Below are positions 62,768 to 64,000 of a DNA stretch of 64,000 bases, piece by piece. Numbering within the stretch: position 1 is the stretch's first letter; each line of letters opens with the position of its first letter. The stretch is from positions 80,933 through 144,932 of the forward strand of contig CAYTTY010000001.1 of NCBI GenBank assembly GCA_964440935.1, read 5' to 3'. Both the position numbers and the translations under genes were made by a program. A model generated the notes under the pieces. The model was not told where the DNA came from and did not search any database. It was given only the letters and a program-made list of their open reading frames with translations. The stretch is from an uncultured Ignavibacteria bacterium (GTDB lineage: Bacteria > Zixibacteria > MSB-5A5 > WJJR01).

Positions 62768-64000
<1,233 letters not shown>

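Overview
High-GC (~60-63%) bacterial chromosomal segment with about 50 protein-coding genes: a + strand run from 1 to ~52 kb, a - strand block from 53.3 to 60.8 kb, then rpmB (+) and cytochrome/ligA (-). The gene content points to the FCB superphylum (Bacteroidota-related, for example Rhodothermota, Gemmatimonadota or a candidate phylum). Supporting features are an adjacent PorY-like kinase and PorX-like REC-PglZ regulator, a T9SS-type C-terminal sorting domain, a TonB receptor with a CarbopepD-type N-terminal domain, and a PorV/FadL-superfamily barrel. In order, the window contains: a PfkB kinase, myo-inositol-1-phosphate synthase and tmk. Next come a CtpA-type S41 protease and a fused NDP-sugar pyrophosphorylase/PMM-like protein. 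A ~13 kb surface-polysaccharide locus follows, with Wza, Wzz, a WbpB/WbpD/WbpE/WbpI-like block for a 2,3-diacetamido sugar, a MurJ-family flippase, two GT4 glycosyltransferases and a WbpM/PglF-like dehydratase. After that are serS, the PorY/PorX-like two-component pair, and tsaE-tsaB-rimI-accD-folC. A redox/envelope group (trxA, OsmC, rhomboid, REC-like protein, dsbD) precedes polA, a secreted hypothetical, coaE, a split transketolase and an aminotransferase. Then come a TonB-dependent receptor, a ~980 aa secreted protein with a T9SS-like C-terminal domain, a PorV/FadL-like barrel and a multidomain AmiC-type amidase. The remainder is a 1.3 kb non-coding island packed with nested hairpins and short dispersed repeats, a sugar ABC importer (SBP plus two permeases, no ATPase), a Cpx-like module (OmpR regulator, HK, hypothetical, LTXXQ/Spy-CpxP-like protein), rpmB, a pentaheme c-type cytochrome lipoprotein and the 3' two thirds of ligA. 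No tRNA, rRNA, CRISPR array, transposase or integrase was found. The most unusual features are the repeat/hairpin island at 51976-53269 (MITE/NIME-like) and the TBDR/cargo/PorV module at 42.8-49.8 kb.
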